Program-made: the position numbers and the translations under genes
Source: Ascoidea asiatica JCM 7603
Lineage: Eukaryota > Fungi > Ascomycota
Direction of reading: 5' to 3'
Assembly (NCBI GenBank): GCA_001600695.1
Contig: BCKQ01000008.1
Span: 338,569 to 402,568 of the forward strand
Length of the DNA: 64,000 nucleotides
The notes under the pieces: generated by a model
What the model was told of the DNA's origin: nothing
Seen by the model: only the letters and a program-made list of their open reading frames with translations
The model's database searches: none
Shown here: positions 62,469-64,000 of the stretch, piece by piece
Position numbering within the stretch: the stretch's first letter is position 1
How the letters are laid out: every line of letters begins with the position of its first letter

Positions 62469-63230
62469 ATGTTTTCAAATTCAAATTTACAATCAAATAT
62501 CAATTCCCCAATGAATTCATTTAATTCTTCTAATTCTTCATTAATTTCAAAATGTGAAACAAGTGTTATAGATTTTGGTTATACACAATCAATTGAAATT
62601 AAAAGAAATTTATTACCAATAATTATGATAAAATTAGATTTAAATAATGTTTTAATTAATAATAATCATTTAAATATAGATCAATTAATATTAAAACATT
62701 CTTCTTTTTTTCAAAAACTTTCAATTTCTTTATATTATAATTCAAATCCAATAAATCTTAATAACAATAACAATATCAATAACAATATCAATAACAATAT
62801 CAATAATTGTACAAATTCAGTTTATCAAAAGATAAAAAATTCAAAATTAATTCGTTCAAATATACTTTATAATTGTTTTGATTCAAGATTATTTAATTCT
62901 TCAAATATTTCTGCAATTGAACAAAGTTATAATCAAAATAATAATCAATTAATAAATAATAATAATAATAATAATAATAAAAACAATTGTATAAACAATA
63001 ATGAAAAGAATAATATTAATAATCAATTAAATGAAATTCCTCCAATTGTATTTTTTTCATTTAAAACATTAATAGATAGTGGAGATTTTACAAAATCTGG
63101 ATTATATTTTTTTAAAATTAAAATAAAATTCAATTCTGGAATTACAAAAACATTTTTAACTGAAAATTATTTTGTAAAACCAAATCCATATTATAATTCA
63201 TTACCTTTATCAATATTCAAAGATATTTAA
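62469..63230 (+). CDS. Hypothetical protein (~253 aa from ATG at 62469), beta-rich segments separated by Asn inserts
   Basis: Open frame with genome-typical codons and AAAATG start. The ORF-track start at 62442 is a TTG. Confidence 0.7.
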   Translation: MFSNSNLQSNINSPMNSFNSSNSSLISKCETSVIDFGYTQSIEIKRNLLPIIMIKLDLNNVLINNNHLNIDQLILKHSSFFQKLSISLYYNSNPINLNNNNNINNNINNNINNCTNSVYQKIKNSKLIRSNILYNCFDSRLFNSSNISAIEQSYNQNNNQLINNNNNNNNKNNCINNNEKNNINNQLNEIPPIVFFSFKTLIDSGDFTKSGLYFFKIKIKFNSGITKTFLTENYFVKPNPYYNSLPLSIFKDI

Positions 63231-63905
63231 AGATATTTAAAGATATTTAAAGATATTCAATTATATTTCAAGTTGCTGAGTTTTTTACATTAGCTTATTT
63301 ATCAAATTTAGAGCAGTTTATTTCAAATTCATTTTAATTTCATTTTAAAACCTATTTTCTTTTACTGTTTTTGTATTTTTTTTTAACTCATTATATTATA
63401 TTATATATTATATTTTATTATATTTCATTACATTTGAAGGTGTTTACAAAAAAATAAAAAAAAAAAAAAGAAGGTTTAGAATATTATTATTATTACTATT
63501 AAATTATATTATACAACTAAACTTTTATTTCATATCCTTAATCTTAGATAAATAAATGAATATTAATCTGAAATTTAATATAAATAATGTGAGGAGATTG
63601 TTCTCATTTAATTTTCATTTATATATATAAAATATATATATATAAAATATATATATATAAAATAGATATGAAAATTGTATTATACTTTTTATTTTATTTT
63701 TTTTATTAACGTTTATTTCAAATAATTGAATAATTATCATATTAATAATAATCATTAATGATTTTGAAGTAGAATATATGAATAATAAATGATCTTTATT
63801 TAATTAAATGATAAATAAATTGAAATTTCAAGCCTTGAGATTAATTTAATTGAATATTTTTTAAATTATTTTAGCTCCAATTTCAATTCCAATTTATGTT
63901 ATTAA

Positions 63906-64000
63906 GAATATTGAAATGAATATTGAAATGAATATTGAAATGAATATTGAAATGAATATTGAAATGAATATTGAAATGAATATTGAAATGAATATTGAAA
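63906..64000. repeat. 12-bp minisatellite (GAATATTGAAAT)n running off the window
   Basis: About 8 perfect copies visible. Confidence 0.95.

Overview
This is a eukaryotic, extremely AT-rich budding-yeast (Saccharomycotina) chromosomal segment with pervasive poly-Asn (AAT) expansions in its proteins. A Complex I subunit gene argues against Saccharomycetaceae. The species cannot be fixed from this window; an Ascoidea-, Wickerhamomyces- or similar AT-rich lineage is a guess. About 31 protein genes are supported, including GLN3, RPB8, SPT10, an FSH hydrolase, PEX8, MOH1, MRPL22, WRS1, SHR3, RPS3, RHO5/RAC1, NOP13, a trimethyllysine dioxygenase, PDR12, PGC1, ERG11, FPR1, TES1 and GPI cell-wall proteins. 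The ORF track misses or truncates four of them: a Pdr1-like Zn2Cys6 factor running off the left edge and three spliced genes (MPC2, the NI9M/NDUFA3 subunit and a TMEM14 gene). The RNA genes are an intron-containing tRNA-Ile(UAU) and the SRP RNA (SCR1). The most unusual element is at 59831-60061: a 14-unit array with an exact 17-bp period, made of GGTAGTACC/GGTAGATCC-type cores and variable spacers. The array flips orientation mid-way to form a fold-back, and it lies upstream of an orphan ORF with a faint velvet/Ig-fold-like motif order. Other points of interest are GC-rich promoter islands with a recurring GTGGTCTCT motif, a Pep4-like protease lacking both catalytic Asp, a CGG-N23-CCG element upstream of PDR12, and degenerate splice signals.
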